Of a stretch of DNA of 64,000 nucleotides, positions 9,115 through 18,995 are shown in pieces; within the stretch, counting starts at the first letter, position 1, and every line of letters begins with the position of its first letter. The stretch is from Candidatus Omnitrophota bacterium. GTDB taxonomy: Bacteria > Omnitrophota > Gorgyraeia > JABMRN01 > RBG-13-46-9. The position numbers and the translations under genes are program-made. The notes beneath the pieces were generated by a model. The model ran no database searches. It worked only from the letters and a program-made list of their open reading frames with translations, and was not told the DNA's origin. Where the stretch lies: the NCBI GenBank assembly GCA_013203315.1, contig JABMQJ010000012.1, positions 10,468 to 74,467 of the forward strand. The letters run 5' to 3'.

Positions 9115-10584
9115 ATGCCCTGGACAAAAACGCAACTCAACGAATCAATTAAGAAAATTATAGGCGATAGGCTGCTTATTATCGCATCCAACAGGGAACC
9201 CTATATACACACCTATAAAGAGGGTAAGGTTGAGTATATTCGGCCGATCGGCGGCGCTGTTACGGCATTGGATCCTGTTATGAGGGTTACCAAGGGAACG
9301 TGGGTAGCCTACGGAAGCGGAAATGCCGACAAAGACGTTGTAGATAAGAAGAACGAAGTAAAAGTCCCTCCCGAAAACCCCAAATATAAACTGAGAAGAA
9401 TATGGCTCTCTAAGGACGAGGAAAACGGTTACTATTATGGGTATTCCAACAAAGCAATGTGGCCGCTTTGCCACATGGCTTATACAAGGCCCGCTTTCGA
9501 CGATGTAGACTGGGCTTACTATAAAATCGTAAACCAGAAATTCGCCGACACGATTCTTGATATCGTCAAGGACCAAAAGGCCTTCGTGTGGATACAGGAT
9601 TATCATCTTTTGCTTTTGAGTAAACTTTTGAAGGAAAAAAACAAGAACCTGATTACCGCTCACTTTCTTCATATACCATGGCCCAATCCCGAAGCATTCC
9701 GCATATGCCCGCAAAAAAACGAGATACTTGAAGGGCTTCTGTCAAATAACCTTTTGGGATTTCACATAAGGTACCACTGCAGTAATTTTATGGAGACCGT
9801 TAAGCTGGAAATGGAGGCAAGGATTGACACCGAAAGGACATCCGTTGTTTACGGGGGGCACGAGACGCTTGTGAGGGCATTTCCTATAAGCGTGGATTTT
9901 GCGGAAATATCCGAGCAGGCCGAATCAAAAGAAGTTAAAAGCGCGATGAAAAAATTAAGGCACGAATTTTCGATAGAAAATGACGTTTTTATCATGGTCG
10001 GCTTAGACAGAATAGATTACACAAAAGGCATAGTTGAGAAGATTAGGGCAGTGGACCGTTTCTTCGAAAAATTTCCCGAATATAAAGGCAAGGTCACGTT
10101 CATTCAAAAGGGTGGCTTGAGCAGAATGCATATACCCGAATACAAAGAGCTGAACGATACCCTAAACAGGTTGGTAGAGGAAGTAAACTGGAAGCATTCG
10201 ACCGAAAAGTGGTACCCGATTTTACTTATCAGGCGCCACATGTCGAGAACAGGGATCATTGCTTTATATAAGATGGCAAACGCGTGCCTGGTGAGTCCCT
10301 TGCACGACGGAATGAATCTGGTCTGCAAAGAGTTTATAGCGACGAAAAACGATTTAAACGGCGTTTTAATCTTGAGCCAGTTTACCGGCGCAGCCAGGGA
10401 ACTGGACGATGCGATATTCGTAAATCCTTACGACAGGGAGAATTTCGCCATAATGCTGAAAGAAGCCGTAGAACTTCCCGATTCAAAAAAGAAAAAAAGG
10501 ATGAAACGCTTAAGAAGCGTCGTAAAGGAAAATAATATTTACAAATGGGCGGGAAAATTCTTAGAAGAATTAAAAAAGATTTAG
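9115..10584 (+). CDS. otsA: Trehalose-6-phosphate synthase (GT20)
   Basis: SNREP, GGAVTAL, WIQDYHL, FLHIPWP, DRIDYTKGI, HDGMNLVCKEF, LSQFTGAA motifs. Confidence 0.93.
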   Translation: MPWTKTQLNESIKKIIGDRLLIIASNREPYIHTYKEGKVEYIRPIGGAVTALDPVMRVTKGTWVAYGSGNADKDVVDKKNEVKVPPENPKYKLRRIWLSKDEENGYYYGYSNKAMWPLCHMAYTRPAFDDVDWAYYKIVNQKFADTILDIVKDQKAFVWIQDYHLLLLSKLLKEKNKNLITAHFLHIPWPNPEAFRICPQKNEILEGLLSNNLLGFHIRYHCSNFMETVKLEMEARIDTERTSVVYGGHETLVRAFPISVDFAEISEQAESKEVKSAMKKLRHEFSIENDVFIMVGLDRIDYTKGIVEKIRAVDRFFEKFPEYKGKVTFIQKGGLSRMHIPEYKELNDTLNRLVEEVNWKHSTEKWYPILLIRRHMSRTGIIALYKMANACLVSPLHDGMNLVCKEFIATKNDLNGVLILSQFTGAARELDDAIFVNPYDRENFAIMLKEAVELPDSKKKKRMKRLRSVVKENNIYKWAGKFLEELKKI

Positions 10585-11339
10585 CGGCACGAATTAAGGG
10601 CGCGAAAAGAGTAATATTTTTCCTGGATTACGACGGCACGTTAGTCCCCATCAAGAAGAGACCATCCCTCGCCAAAATTCATAAAAATACAAAAAACCTC
10701 CTTAAGAAACTGGCAAATACTCCTCCTGCAAAAATTTTCATCATAAGCGGCCGCTCATTAAAAGACGTAAAAAAGTTGGTCGGCATAAAATCCCTCTACT
10801 ATATAGGCAACCACGGCATGGAACTCGAGGGCCCACGCTTAAAATACGTAAACAAATCAGCAAATGCTTTAAAAACTTTTATGCAAAAAAGTTGCCAAAT
10901 GCTGAAAAAGAGGGTACACTTAAGAGGTGTTGTTTTAGAAGACAAGACTTACACCTTGAGTTTGCATTATAGACTGGTTGATCCGGGTAAGGTGAAGGCC
11001 CTAAAAAAAGTTTTTTTTGAAACATTAAAGCGCGCTAAAAGTGAAAAAAAGATAAAGGTTACCGAGGGCAAAAAAGTCTTAGAAGTCCGGCCGAATATAA
11101 AGTGGGATAAAGGAAAAATATTAAATCAGGTTTTAAGAGGCATGGGGCAAAAAGGCACCTTGGCTATTTGTATAGGCGATGATAAGACGGACGAAGATGC
11201 CTTTAGGGCGCTCGGGAAAAAGGGAGTAAGCATAGTCGTTTCGAGAAAGTCCAGAAAAACACGAGCGCAGTACAGGCTAAAATCTCCGAAGGAAGTTTTG
11301 AATTTATTAAAATGGTGCAGGCATGAACTGGTGGACTAA
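10545..11339 (+). CDS. otsB: Trehalose-6-phosphate phosphatase (HAD IIB)
   Basis: LDYDGTL motif I, ISGR, GNHGME, GKKVLEVRP, GDDKTDEDAF. The only in-frame start overlaps otsA by 40 nt. Confidence 0.92.
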   Translation: MGGKILRRIKKDLAARIKGAKRVIFFLDYDGTLVPIKKRPSLAKIHKNTKNLLKKLANTPPAKIFIISGRSLKDVKKLVGIKSLYYIGNHGMELEGPRLKYVNKSANALKTFMQKSCQMLKKRVHLRGVVLEDKTYTLSLHYRLVDPGKVKALKKVFFETLKRAKSEKKIKVTEGKKVLEVRPNIKWDKGKILNQVLRGMGQKGTLAICIGDDKTDEDAFRALGKKGVSIVVSRKSRKTRAQYRLKSPKEVLNLLKWCRHELVD

Positions 11340-12000
11340 AAAATCATCGAATCCTTTTCAATTTTACACGAGCGTTAAGCTAAGAGAGGTAACGGGGAGA
11401 AAAGCCCGTACATTGCGGGAGCTTGTGGAAATTATAAAAGAGGTTTCGGGCTCGGTCATATATTATCATACACACGTTTTTCTGCAGAGGCATCAGAACA
11501 TTTCACCGGAACCGCCGAACGATTTCGCGTTTTGGGTGTCATCTACTTTGGGGGAGAACAAATTAAGCGAGGAATTGGCAAGCATAGATATATGCGAGTT
11601 TAGCACTATTCGTGAGCTTAGAGAAAGAATAATAAAAACAATAGAAAATCATTTATTCGAAACAAAAGAGCCCCAGAGATATGCGTTGCAGGGAAAAGAA
11701 TTCGAGTTTATAAAAGCTCACAGCATTGTCATGCCTGCCGGTTTTACGGCGCATAACCTTAAAGAATTCGCGACAATCCTGGAGAAGGTTACCATTCATT
11801 CGATATATTTTCATATATTTGAGGCAAGATTAAGGCTGGAGAAAGCCGTCAATGACTTTGCATTCTGGATAGGTACTTCGGTAGGCTCTCCGGAGCTTGC
11901 AAAGATTATCGAATCGCTCGATCCTTATACGTTTACCGGAGAGGGTTTGAGGCGGGAATTGATAAAGATCATAAACGATTGGTGTACCACGCATAAATAA
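11323..12000 (+). CDS. DUF5752 / OrfY-like protein with an internal duplication, TreT-associated
   Basis: Two repeats of A.(T/N)L.E...I...V...(V/S)IY(Y/F)H...NDFAFW; sits directly upstream of a TreT-like glycosyltransferase. Confidence 0.7.
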   Translation: MNWWTKKSSNPFQFYTSVKLREVTGRKARTLRELVEIIKEVSGSVIYYHTHVFLQRHQNISPEPPNDFAFWVSSTLGENKLSEELASIDICEFSTIRELRERIIKTIENHLFETKEPQRYALQGKEFEFIKAHSIVMPAGFTAHNLKEFATILEKVTIHSIYFHIFEARLRLEKAVNDFAFWIGTSVGSPELAKIIESLDPYTFTGEGLRRELIKIINDWCTTHK

Positions 12001-12011
12001 TAGGGCCTAAA

Positions 12012-13229
12012 ATGAAAATAGCGGATTACGAGAAATTAGTAGGTAAGGACATAATTTACGAACTGACGCTTCTTGCCAAGAAACTTAAACGAAAGAAGAT
12101 ACAGTGCATAAATTCCACGCGTGTTGGCGGCGGCGTCGCGGAAATACTTTCCCGGCTCATTCCTCTTTTAAACGATTTGGGAATTGACGCCACATGGGAC
12201 GTGATAGCCGCGGACACCGATTATTTTAATGTAACCAAGGCTTTTCATAATGCCTTGCACGGCAGAAAAGTCGACATCAATCAAAGCATGTTTGATAAGT
12301 TTTTGAGCACCGGGAAAAAGATTTTAAAGGATACTAAAATATACGGCGATATCGTTTTTGTTCACGATCCGCAGCCAATGATGCTGGTAGATGCGAAGAG
12401 CAGGGGAAATAAATGGCTCTGGCGTTGCCATGTTGATGTCTCGCGGCCTTACCCGGAAGTGTGGGAATTTTTGCGCAAGTACATAGAAAAATATGACAGC
12501 TCGATATTTTCAAGCCCAAAGTTTGCCAGTAAGCTCGATATTCCGCAGTTTTTAGTGGCGCCTTCCATAGATCCTTTTAGCGAAAAAAATAGAGACCTCA
12601 CTAAAACCGAAATTGACACCGCCCTTGCAAGATACGGCATCGAAAGGGATAAGCCTATAATAACCCAGGTATCAAGATTTGATTATTTAAAGGATCCTGT
12701 CGGCGTGATAGATGCGTATAGGCTTGTTAAAAAATATATAGATTGCCAGCTTATCTTAGCCGGAAATGAAGCCGCCGATGACCCGGAAATGGACATGGTT
12801 TATAAGGATATTATGCAGCACAAGGGCGACGACCCGGACATACATGTGCTATTAATAAAACCGGAAAATAACGACCTTGACGTAAATGCCATCCAACGCG
12901 CAAGCGCTGTGGTTATCCAGAAATCAATAAGGGAAGGATTTGCCCTTACCGTAACAGAAGCTCTTTGGAAGGAAAGGCCTGTTGTCGCCTCAGCTGTCGG
13001 AGGAATTCCGCTACAGATAAGCCACGGACATAGCGGCCTTTTATGCCACACAGTCGGAGGAGCAGCCCTCCATATAAGGGAGCTTCTTCATAGCCCCGAG
13101 TACGCCAGACAGCTTGGTAAAAACGCCAAAGAGCATGTCCGGCGTAACTTCTTATCCACCCGCCACTTACGTGATTATATGATGCTCTTCCTCTATCTCT
13201 ACAACCCCCAGGACATTATTTACCTCTAA
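12012..13229 (+). CDS. treT: Trehalose synthase TreT-like glycosyltransferase (GT4)
   Basis: NSTRVGGGVAEIL, TKAFHNALHG, VHDPQP, WRCHVD, QVSRFDYLKDP, QKSIREGFALTVTEALWK. Confidence 0.85.
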   Translation: MKIADYEKLVGKDIIYELTLLAKKLKRKKIQCINSTRVGGGVAEILSRLIPLLNDLGIDATWDVIAADTDYFNVTKAFHNALHGRKVDINQSMFDKFLSTGKKILKDTKIYGDIVFVHDPQPMMLVDAKSRGNKWLWRCHVDVSRPYPEVWEFLRKYIEKYDSSIFSSPKFASKLDIPQFLVAPSIDPFSEKNRDLTKTEIDTALARYGIERDKPIITQVSRFDYLKDPVGVIDAYRLVKKYIDCQLILAGNEAADDPEMDMVYKDIMQHKGDDPDIHVLLIKPENNDLDVNAIQRASAVVIQKSIREGFALTVTEALWKERPVVASAVGGIPLQISHGHSGLLCHTVGGAALHIRELLHSPEYARQLGKNAKEHVRRNFLSTRHLRDYMMLFLYLYNPQDIIYL

Positions 13230-13238
13230 AAAAAACCG

Positions 13239-13266
13239 TTGCATTTTATTTATAAAGTGGTACAAT
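13239..13266 (+). promoter_or_regulatory. Promoter for the leu operon (extended -10), nearly leaderless
   Basis: TTGCAT-N16-TACAAT with TGn extension; only 10 nt to the ATG at 13277 and no Shine-Dalgarno. Confidence 0.55.
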
Positions 13267-13276
13267 TACACGCTAT

Positions 13277-14557
13277 ATGGGATATACTATAACTGAAAAA
13301 ATATTACGGGCGCACATTACCAAGAAATCCATAAACCCCGGCGATTTCATTAACGCCAAGGTGGATTTTTGCCTGGGAAACGATATAACCGCCCCGATAG
13401 CGATTAATGAATTCCGCAGGACAGGCGCAAAAAAAGTATTCGACAAGACAAGGATCGCCCTCATACCCGACCACTTCACACCTGCAAAGGACCTAAGAAG
13501 CGCCAACCAGGCGAAGATGCTCTGTGAATTCGCAAAAGAGCACAAAATCGAGCATTATTACGAAGTCGGCAGAATGGGCGTCGAGCATGCGCTTTTACCT
13601 GAATTAGGATTGGTCCTGCCGGGCAATCTTGTTGTAGGCGCTGATTCACATACGTGTACTTACGGGGCGCTGGGATGTTTTTCAACGGGTGTGGGTTCAA
13701 CAGATTTGGCGGCCGCGTTTATAAAAGGAGAATGCTGGTTTAAGGTTCCCGAGACGATTAAGTTCGTTTATCACGGAAAGCTAAAAAAGTGGGTAAGCGG
13801 TAAGGACCTAATACTCTATACGATCGGCCAGATTGGTGTAGACGGGGCGCTTAATAAGGCGATGGAGTTTACCGGGGAAGCGATAAAAGCGCTTCCAATG
13901 GATGACAGGTTCAGCATTTGCAATATGGCCATAGAGGCAGGCGGAAAAAACGGTATTATCGAACCCGACAAAGCTACGGTAAGTTACGTAAATGCCGCTA
14001 TAAGAAAAAATAAACCGAAAAGGAAAGGTTTTAAATTATATAAAAGCGACAAAGACGCAAACTACGCGGATGTAAAAGAATTTGATGCCTCAAAAATCGA
14101 GCCGCAGGTAAGTTTTCCGCATCTTCCGAGTAACGCGAAGCCCGTAACCAAGGCAAAGAATATAAATATTGATCAGGTGGTTATCGGCTCGTGCACAAAC
14201 GGCAGAATAAGTGATTTAGAAATAGCCGCCAAGATTCTAAAGGGAAGAAAAGCAAAGCAAGGCGTGCGGCTTATAATCATACCGGCAACGCAGGCGATTT
14301 ATCTCGAGGCCGTAAAACTGGGATTTGCAAAGACCTTTATTGATGCAGGAGGAGTTTTTTCAACGCCGAGCTGCGGACCGTGTTTGGGAGGGCATCTCGG
14401 GATACTCGCAGAAGGCGAACGCGCGATCGCAACGACGAATCGGAATTTCGTAGGAAGGATGGGGCACCCTAAATCTGAGGTTTATCTTGCCTCGCCGGCA
14501 GTAGCAGCAGCAAGCGCTATCAGGGGACGCATAGCGCACCCGAAAGAGGTCGTGTAA
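13277..14557 (+). CDS. leuC: 3-isopropylmalate dehydratase large subunit (short LeuC/HacA type)
   Basis: [37 protein letters not shown]; adjacent to leuD and leuB. Confidence 0.93.
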   Translation: MGYTITEKILRAHITKKSINPGDFINAKVDFCLGNDITAPIAINEFRRTGAKKVFDKTRIALIPDHFTPAKDLRSANQAKMLCEFAKEHKIEHYYEVGRMGVEHALLPELGLVLPGNLVVGADSHTCTYGALGCFSTGVGSTDLAAAFIKGECWFKVPETIKFVYHGKLKKWVSGKDLILYTIGQIGVDGALNKAMEFTGEAIKALPMDDRFSICNMAIEAGGKNGIIEPDKATVSYVNAAIRKNKPKRKGFKLYKSDKDANYADVKEFDASKIEPQVSFPHLPSNAKPVTKAKNINIDQVVIGSCTNGRISDLEIAAKILKGRKAKQGVRLIIIPATQAIYLEAVKLGFAKTFIDAGGVFSTPSCGPCLGGHLGILAEGERAIATTNRNFVGRMGHPKSEVYLASPAVAAASAIRGRIAHPKEVV

Positions 14558-15039
14558 TGAAATACAAAGGCAAAGCGCACAAGTTCGGAGACAACATAAA
14601 CACCGACGATATCATACCGGCGAAGTATCTAAACATACATGACGCCGTAGAGCTCGGTAAGTTCTGCATGGAGCATGTCGATAAGAATTTCGCGAAGAAA
14701 GTAAAAAAAGGCGACATTATAGTTGGTGGCAAAAACTTTGGATGCGGTTCCTCAAGAGAGCATGCGCCTATCGCCATTAAAGGTTGCGGTGTATCGTGCG
14801 TCATAGCCGAGACTTTTGCGAGAATTTTTTATAGAAACGCCATCAATATCGGCCTTCCGGTAGTTACTTCGAGTGAAGCTGCGAAAGGCGTAAAAGAAGG
14901 AAACGCAGTAGAAGTTGATACTCATAAAGGCGTGATTAAAAACATATCGAAGAAGAAAGAATATAAAACAGAGGCGTATCCGCCGTTCCTAGAGAAAATA
15001 ATCAAAAAGGGCGGATTGCTTAACGCAATTAAGAGGTAA
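14557..15039 (+). CDS. leuD: 3-isopropylmalate dehydratase small subunit
   Basis: DNINTDDIIPA, NFGCGSSREHA, FARIFYRNAINIG. Confidence 0.93.
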   Translation: MKYKGKAHKFGDNINTDDIIPAKYLNIHDAVELGKFCMEHVDKNFAKKVKKGDIIVGGKNFGCGSSREHAPIAIKGCGVSCVIAETFARIFYRNAINIGLPVVTSSEAAKGVKEGNAVEVDTHKGVIKNISKKKEYKTEAYPPFLEKIIKKGGLLNAIKR

Positions 15040-15050
15040 AGGAGACACGA

Positions 15051-16097
15051 GTGTACAAAATAGCAGTGATTCCCGGTGACGGCACAGGCCCGGAGGTCGT
15101 GCACGAAGGCCTAAAAGTTCTAGAAGCGGTTTCAAAGAAAACCGGATTCAAGTATGAAAAAATAATGTACGATTTAGGCGGCGAGAGATATAAAAAGACG
15201 AAAGAAGTCTTACCTGACTCTGTACTTGAAGAATTAAAGAAGGTAGACGTGATATATCTGGGCGCAGTCGGACATCCGGACGTAAAACCGGGCATCCTTG
15301 AAAAGGGCCTACTTTTAAAGCTCAGATTCAGTCTGAAGCAGTATATTAATCTAAGGCCGGTTGTGCTTTATCCCGGTGTCTGGACGCCTCTTAAAGATAA
15401 GGGCCCTAAAGATATAGATTTTGTAGTGGTGCGTGAAAATAACGAGGGGCTTTACGTGGGCGAGGGCGAATTTCAAAATAAGGGAACCAAGGATGAAATT
15501 GCAATCCAGGTTTCCCGGAACAGCCGAAAGGGCGTCGAGAGATGTCTGAGGTATGCTTTTGAATATACCCGAAAACGCAACAAAAGAAAACAACTTACTC
15601 TTTGCGGCAAAACCAACGTTTTAACGTATGCATTTGATTTGTGGGATAGGACATTTAACGAGCTCGCAAAGGAATACAAGGATATAAAAACCGATTATAC
15701 ACATGTTGACGCTACATGCATGTGGATGGTGAAGAATCCGGAGTGGTTTGACGTGATCGTGACAGACAACATGTTTGGCGATATCATTACGGATTTAGGC
15801 GCGATGATACAGGGCGGCATGGGTATTGCTGCCGGAGGAAATTTAAATCCCGAAGGCGTCTCCATGTTTGAGCCGATAGGCGGTTCTGCCCCGAAATACA
15901 CGGGCAAAAATGTAATAAATCCGCTAGCAGCCATAGCCGCGCTTTCGATGCTACTGGATGAAATCGGTGAAGAAAAAGCGTCAAAGATGATTGAGGAGTC
16001 GATTAAAAAAGTTACTACAAAGATGAAATCTATGTCGGCCGGTAAGATGGGGTATTCTACGACAGAAGTCGGCGACTTGGTGGTTAAAAATTTATAG
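15051..16097 (+). CDS. leuB: 3-isopropylmalate dehydrogenase
   Basis: [39 protein letters not shown]; operon context. Confidence 0.88.
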   Translation: MYKIAVIPGDGTGPEVVHEGLKVLEAVSKKTGFKYEKIMYDLGGERYKKTKEVLPDSVLEELKKVDVIYLGAVGHPDVKPGILEKGLLLKLRFSLKQYINLRPVVLYPGVWTPLKDKGPKDIDFVVVRENNEGLYVGEGEFQNKGTKDEIAIQVSRNSRKGVERCLRYAFEYTRKRNKRKQLTLCGKTNVLTYAFDLWDRTFNELAKEYKDIKTDYTHVDATCMWMVKNPEWFDVIVTDNMFGDIITDLGAMIQGGMGIAAGGNLNPEGVSMFEPIGGSAPKYTGKNVINPLAAIAALSMLLDEIGEEKASKMIEESIKKVTTKMKSMSAGKMGYSTTEVGDLVVKNL

Positions 16098-16106
16098 AGG
16101 CAAACA

Positions 16107-17159
16107 ATGTTAAAGAAAAAAGATAAATATAATGTCGCGATAATGGGCGCAACCGGCGCCGTAGGCAGTGAGTTTTTATCAATTCTCGAAGAGAGAAATT
16201 TCCCCATTAAGGAGCTCAAGCTTCTGGCATCCGAGAGATCAAAAGGCAAGAACCTCAAATTTAAGAAGAAAAATTACCCGGTCGAAGTCCTTACCCACAA
16301 ATCGTTCAAGGGCATAGACATAGTTCTTGCAAGCGCAGGTGCGTCAAGGAGCCTTGAATTTTTGCCAAGCGCCGTAAAGGCAGGCGCTGTATGTGTAGAC
16401 AATTCAAGCGCTTTTAGAATGAAAGACGATGTTCCCCTGGTTGTCCCTGAGGTAAATCCGGATGAAACTTATAGCCACAAAGGTATTATAGCTAACCCGA
16501 ACTGCTCAACCATACAGGCTGTGGTAGCACTGGGCCCTTTACATAAACAGGCGAAAATAAAAAGAGTTGTCGCTTCTACTTATCAGTCTGTTTCCGGCGC
16601 CGGACAGAAACATATCCTGGAGCTCGAAAAGCAGGTCGAGACCATCGAAAAGACTGTCGACAACTGGATCGTGGGCCATCACAGCGTGGATAAGTTCTTA
16701 ATAAAGCAATTCCCGCATCAGATAGCATTCAATCTCATTCCCCAGATAGATGTATTTATGGAAAACGCCTACACCAAAGAAGAAATGAAGCTTGTTCATG
16801 AAACCAGGAAGATTATGGGCGATCCTTCGATGAGGATTACCTGCACTTCTATTCGTGTGCCCGTATTCTTTGCCCATTCGGAAAGCATAAATATAGAAAC
16901 CGAAAAGAAGCTAAGCGCAGACGATGCAAGAAAAATTCTTTCAAAAGCGCCCGGTATCCGGGTTATAGACGACCCCGCTAAACAAAAATATCCCATGCCT
17001 CTTAACGCGGAAGGAAAGAACGAGGTCTTCGTAGGCCGCATTCGCGAAGACGAGTCAGTCGAAAACGGATTAAACCTCTGGGTTGTCAGTGACAACCTGC
17101 GTAAAGGGGCCGCACTTAACACGATCCAGATCGCGGAACTGCTTATAAAACATGCCTAA
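16107..17159 (+). CDS. asd: Aspartate-semialdehyde dehydrogenase
   Basis: [39 protein letters not shown]. Confidence 0.97.
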   Translation: MLKKKDKYNVAIMGATGAVGSEFLSILEERNFPIKELKLLASERSKGKNLKFKKKNYPVEVLTHKSFKGIDIVLASAGASRSLEFLPSAVKAGAVCVDNSSAFRMKDDVPLVVPEVNPDETYSHKGIIANPNCSTIQAVVALGPLHKQAKIKRVVASTYQSVSGAGQKHILELEKQVETIEKTVDNWIVGHHSVDKFLIKQFPHQIAFNLIPQIDVFMENAYTKEEMKLVHETRKIMGDPSMRITCTSIRVPVFFAHSESINIETEKKLSADDARKILSKAPGIRVIDDPAKQKYPMPLNAEGKNEVFVGRIREDESVENGLNLWVVSDNLRKGAALNTIQIAELLIKHA

Positions 17160-17892
17160 TATTTGCCTTACAATCGCCTATGACGGAACGCGTTACGGCG
17201 GTTGGCAAATCCAGAAAAACGCAAAAACAATTCAAGGTGAGATAGAAAAAGCTCTAAAAAAAATACTTAAAGAGAAAATAAAACTAACCGGAGCCGGCAG
17301 GACCGACTCCGGCGTACACGCCAGGGCGCAAGTCGCAAATTTTAAAACAAAAAAAATTTTTCCTCCCAAAAAGCTCACCGCTGCGCTAAACGCAAACCTC
17401 CCGACGGATATTTCAATAGTAAAGATAGAAAAAGTCCCTTCGGAATTTCATTCGCGTTTCGACGCAAAAAGTAAAATTTATCGGTATACTATTTTAAATA
17501 CACGCGCGGACGACCCGTTTCTAATTGCTTATTACTTTAAAATTCCCCGCAGGTTAGATGTTGCGCTGATGAGAAAAGAGGCAAGTGTTCTAGTGGGGAC
17601 GCACGACTTCAAATCTTTCCAGGCCAAAGCCAATCTGTCACCTGTAAAAAATACACGAAGAAAAATAAAAAAAATAACCATCAAAAGAGAAAAACAATTT
17701 ATTTATATTGATGTTGAAGGTACGGGATTCTTGCATAACATGGTTCGTAATATAGCGGGCACCCTTATTGAAGTAGGCAGGGGATACTTTCCGGAAGGCA
17801 GCATGAAAAAGATTCTGGCATCTCGCGACCGCCGGAAAGCCGGCCCCACGGCCCCTGCCAAAGCGCTTTTACTAGTACGGGTTAAATATTAG
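17152..17892 (+). CDS. truA: tRNA pseudouridine(38-40) synthase
   Basis: YDGTRYGGWQ, GAGRTDSGVHA, GFLHNMVR, AGPTAPA. Confidence 0.97.
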   Translation: MPNICLTIAYDGTRYGGWQIQKNAKTIQGEIEKALKKILKEKIKLTGAGRTDSGVHARAQVANFKTKKIFPPKKLTAALNANLPTDISIVKIEKVPSEFHSRFDAKSKIYRYTILNTRADDPFLIAYYFKIPRRLDVALMRKEASVLVGTHDFKSFQAKANLSPVKNTRRKIKKITIKREKQFIYIDVEGTGFLHNMVRNIAGTLIEVGRGYFPEGSMKKILASRDRRKAGPTAPAKALLLVRVKY

Positions 17893-17901
17893 CCCAATAT
17901 T

Positions 17902-17930
17902 TTGACTATAATAGATCCGTTATGTATACT
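17902..17930 (+). promoter_or_regulatory. Sigma70-type promoter
   Basis: TTGACT-N17-TATACT upstream of the kinase at 17961. Confidence 0.7.
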
Positions 17931-17960
17931 TAAGACATAAGTACGAATAGGGCAATGTAA

Positions 17961-18971
17961 ATGAAAAAGAATAAAACACGAAAAAGAAAACCGCGTGAAG
18001 ATCAAAATAGCTATAAAGTAGTTATTTCTGATTTAGGCATGAGCCCGTTTCGCATTATGCGCGCCTCTTTTGTGTTAATGGGCATACTTCCGCTTCTTAT
18101 CATCTTCTACATAATCGTAGGACGCAAATTTCTTTTTGATATTTTTCTGGGGACCAACGGCCTGATAGCGTTTTTTGCTGTCATGATCTCGCTCATAGGA
18201 TTTGTGTATGCTTACACTCTTATTGCGAATATGATAAGAAAACTAGTCGTGTATTCTGCCGAACGCAAGCAAATAGACGAGGAGAAAACCGAACTACTTC
18301 TTGCGGTAAGCCATGATTTAAAAACACCTTTAACCATACTTAAAACGGGAATGCGTAATCTCACCGACGGTATCGGTGGGGCTCTAAGCAAGGTTCACGT
18401 CGGAGTGGCCGATCACTGCCTTCGCGCCGTGGACAGGATAAACCGTTTTATAGATGAACTTTTGGACTTCTCCAAGGTGGGTTTCATGAGAACGAATATA
18501 AAGCGCGACCTGATAGACCTCGGCGAAATGGTAAAGAATGAGGTAGATGCGATGTCTGATCTTGCCAGAGAGAACGGGCAGGATCTTCGGGTTAAGATTG
18601 AGGCCAAAGACGCAAAAGTATGGGCTGACGAGAAAAAAATGTCAAGAGCGGTCATGAATCTTCTTTCCAACGCCATAAAATATACCCCGAAGGGCGGCAA
18701 GATTAACGCGACGGTATCCACTGATGAAAATACCACGAGATTCACGCTAATAAATACCGGTCCCGGAATTCAGCCAAACGAATTAGATAAAATATTTAAA
18801 AAATACGAAAGGCTTGACAGGCATTCCGATGTAGAAGGCACGGGGCTTGGGCTTTCTATCGTAAAAGAAATAATGGATTTACACAAAGGCCGCCTAACCG
18901 TAAAAAGCGAACCCGGCAAAGAGACAGAATTTGATCTAATTCTACCCAGAGACTTACGAGAACGAGTATAG
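17961..18971 (+). CDS. Membrane sensor histidine kinase (2 TM, almost no periplasmic domain, HisKA-HATPase)
   Basis: H-box SHDLKTPL, N-box NLLSNAIKY, G-boxes NTGPGI and GTGLGL; two hydrophobic segments joined by a short loop. Confidence 0.9.
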   Translation: MKKNKTRKRKPREDQNSYKVVISDLGMSPFRIMRASFVLMGILPLLIIFYIIVGRKFLFDIFLGTNGLIAFFAVMISLIGFVYAYTLIANMIRKLVVYSAERKQIDEEKTELLLAVSHDLKTPLTILKTGMRNLTDGIGGALSKVHVGVADHCLRAVDRINRFIDELLDFSKVGFMRTNIKRDLIDLGEMVKNEVDAMSDLARENGQDLRVKIEAKDAKVWADEKKMSRAVMNLLSNAIKYTPKGGKINATVSTDENTTRFTLINTGPGIQPNELDKIFKKYERLDRHSDVEGTGLGLSIVKEIMDLHKGRLTVKSEPGKETEFDLILPRDLRERV

Positions 18972-18995
18972 CGATAGCAGAAAGGCTATCTCCAT

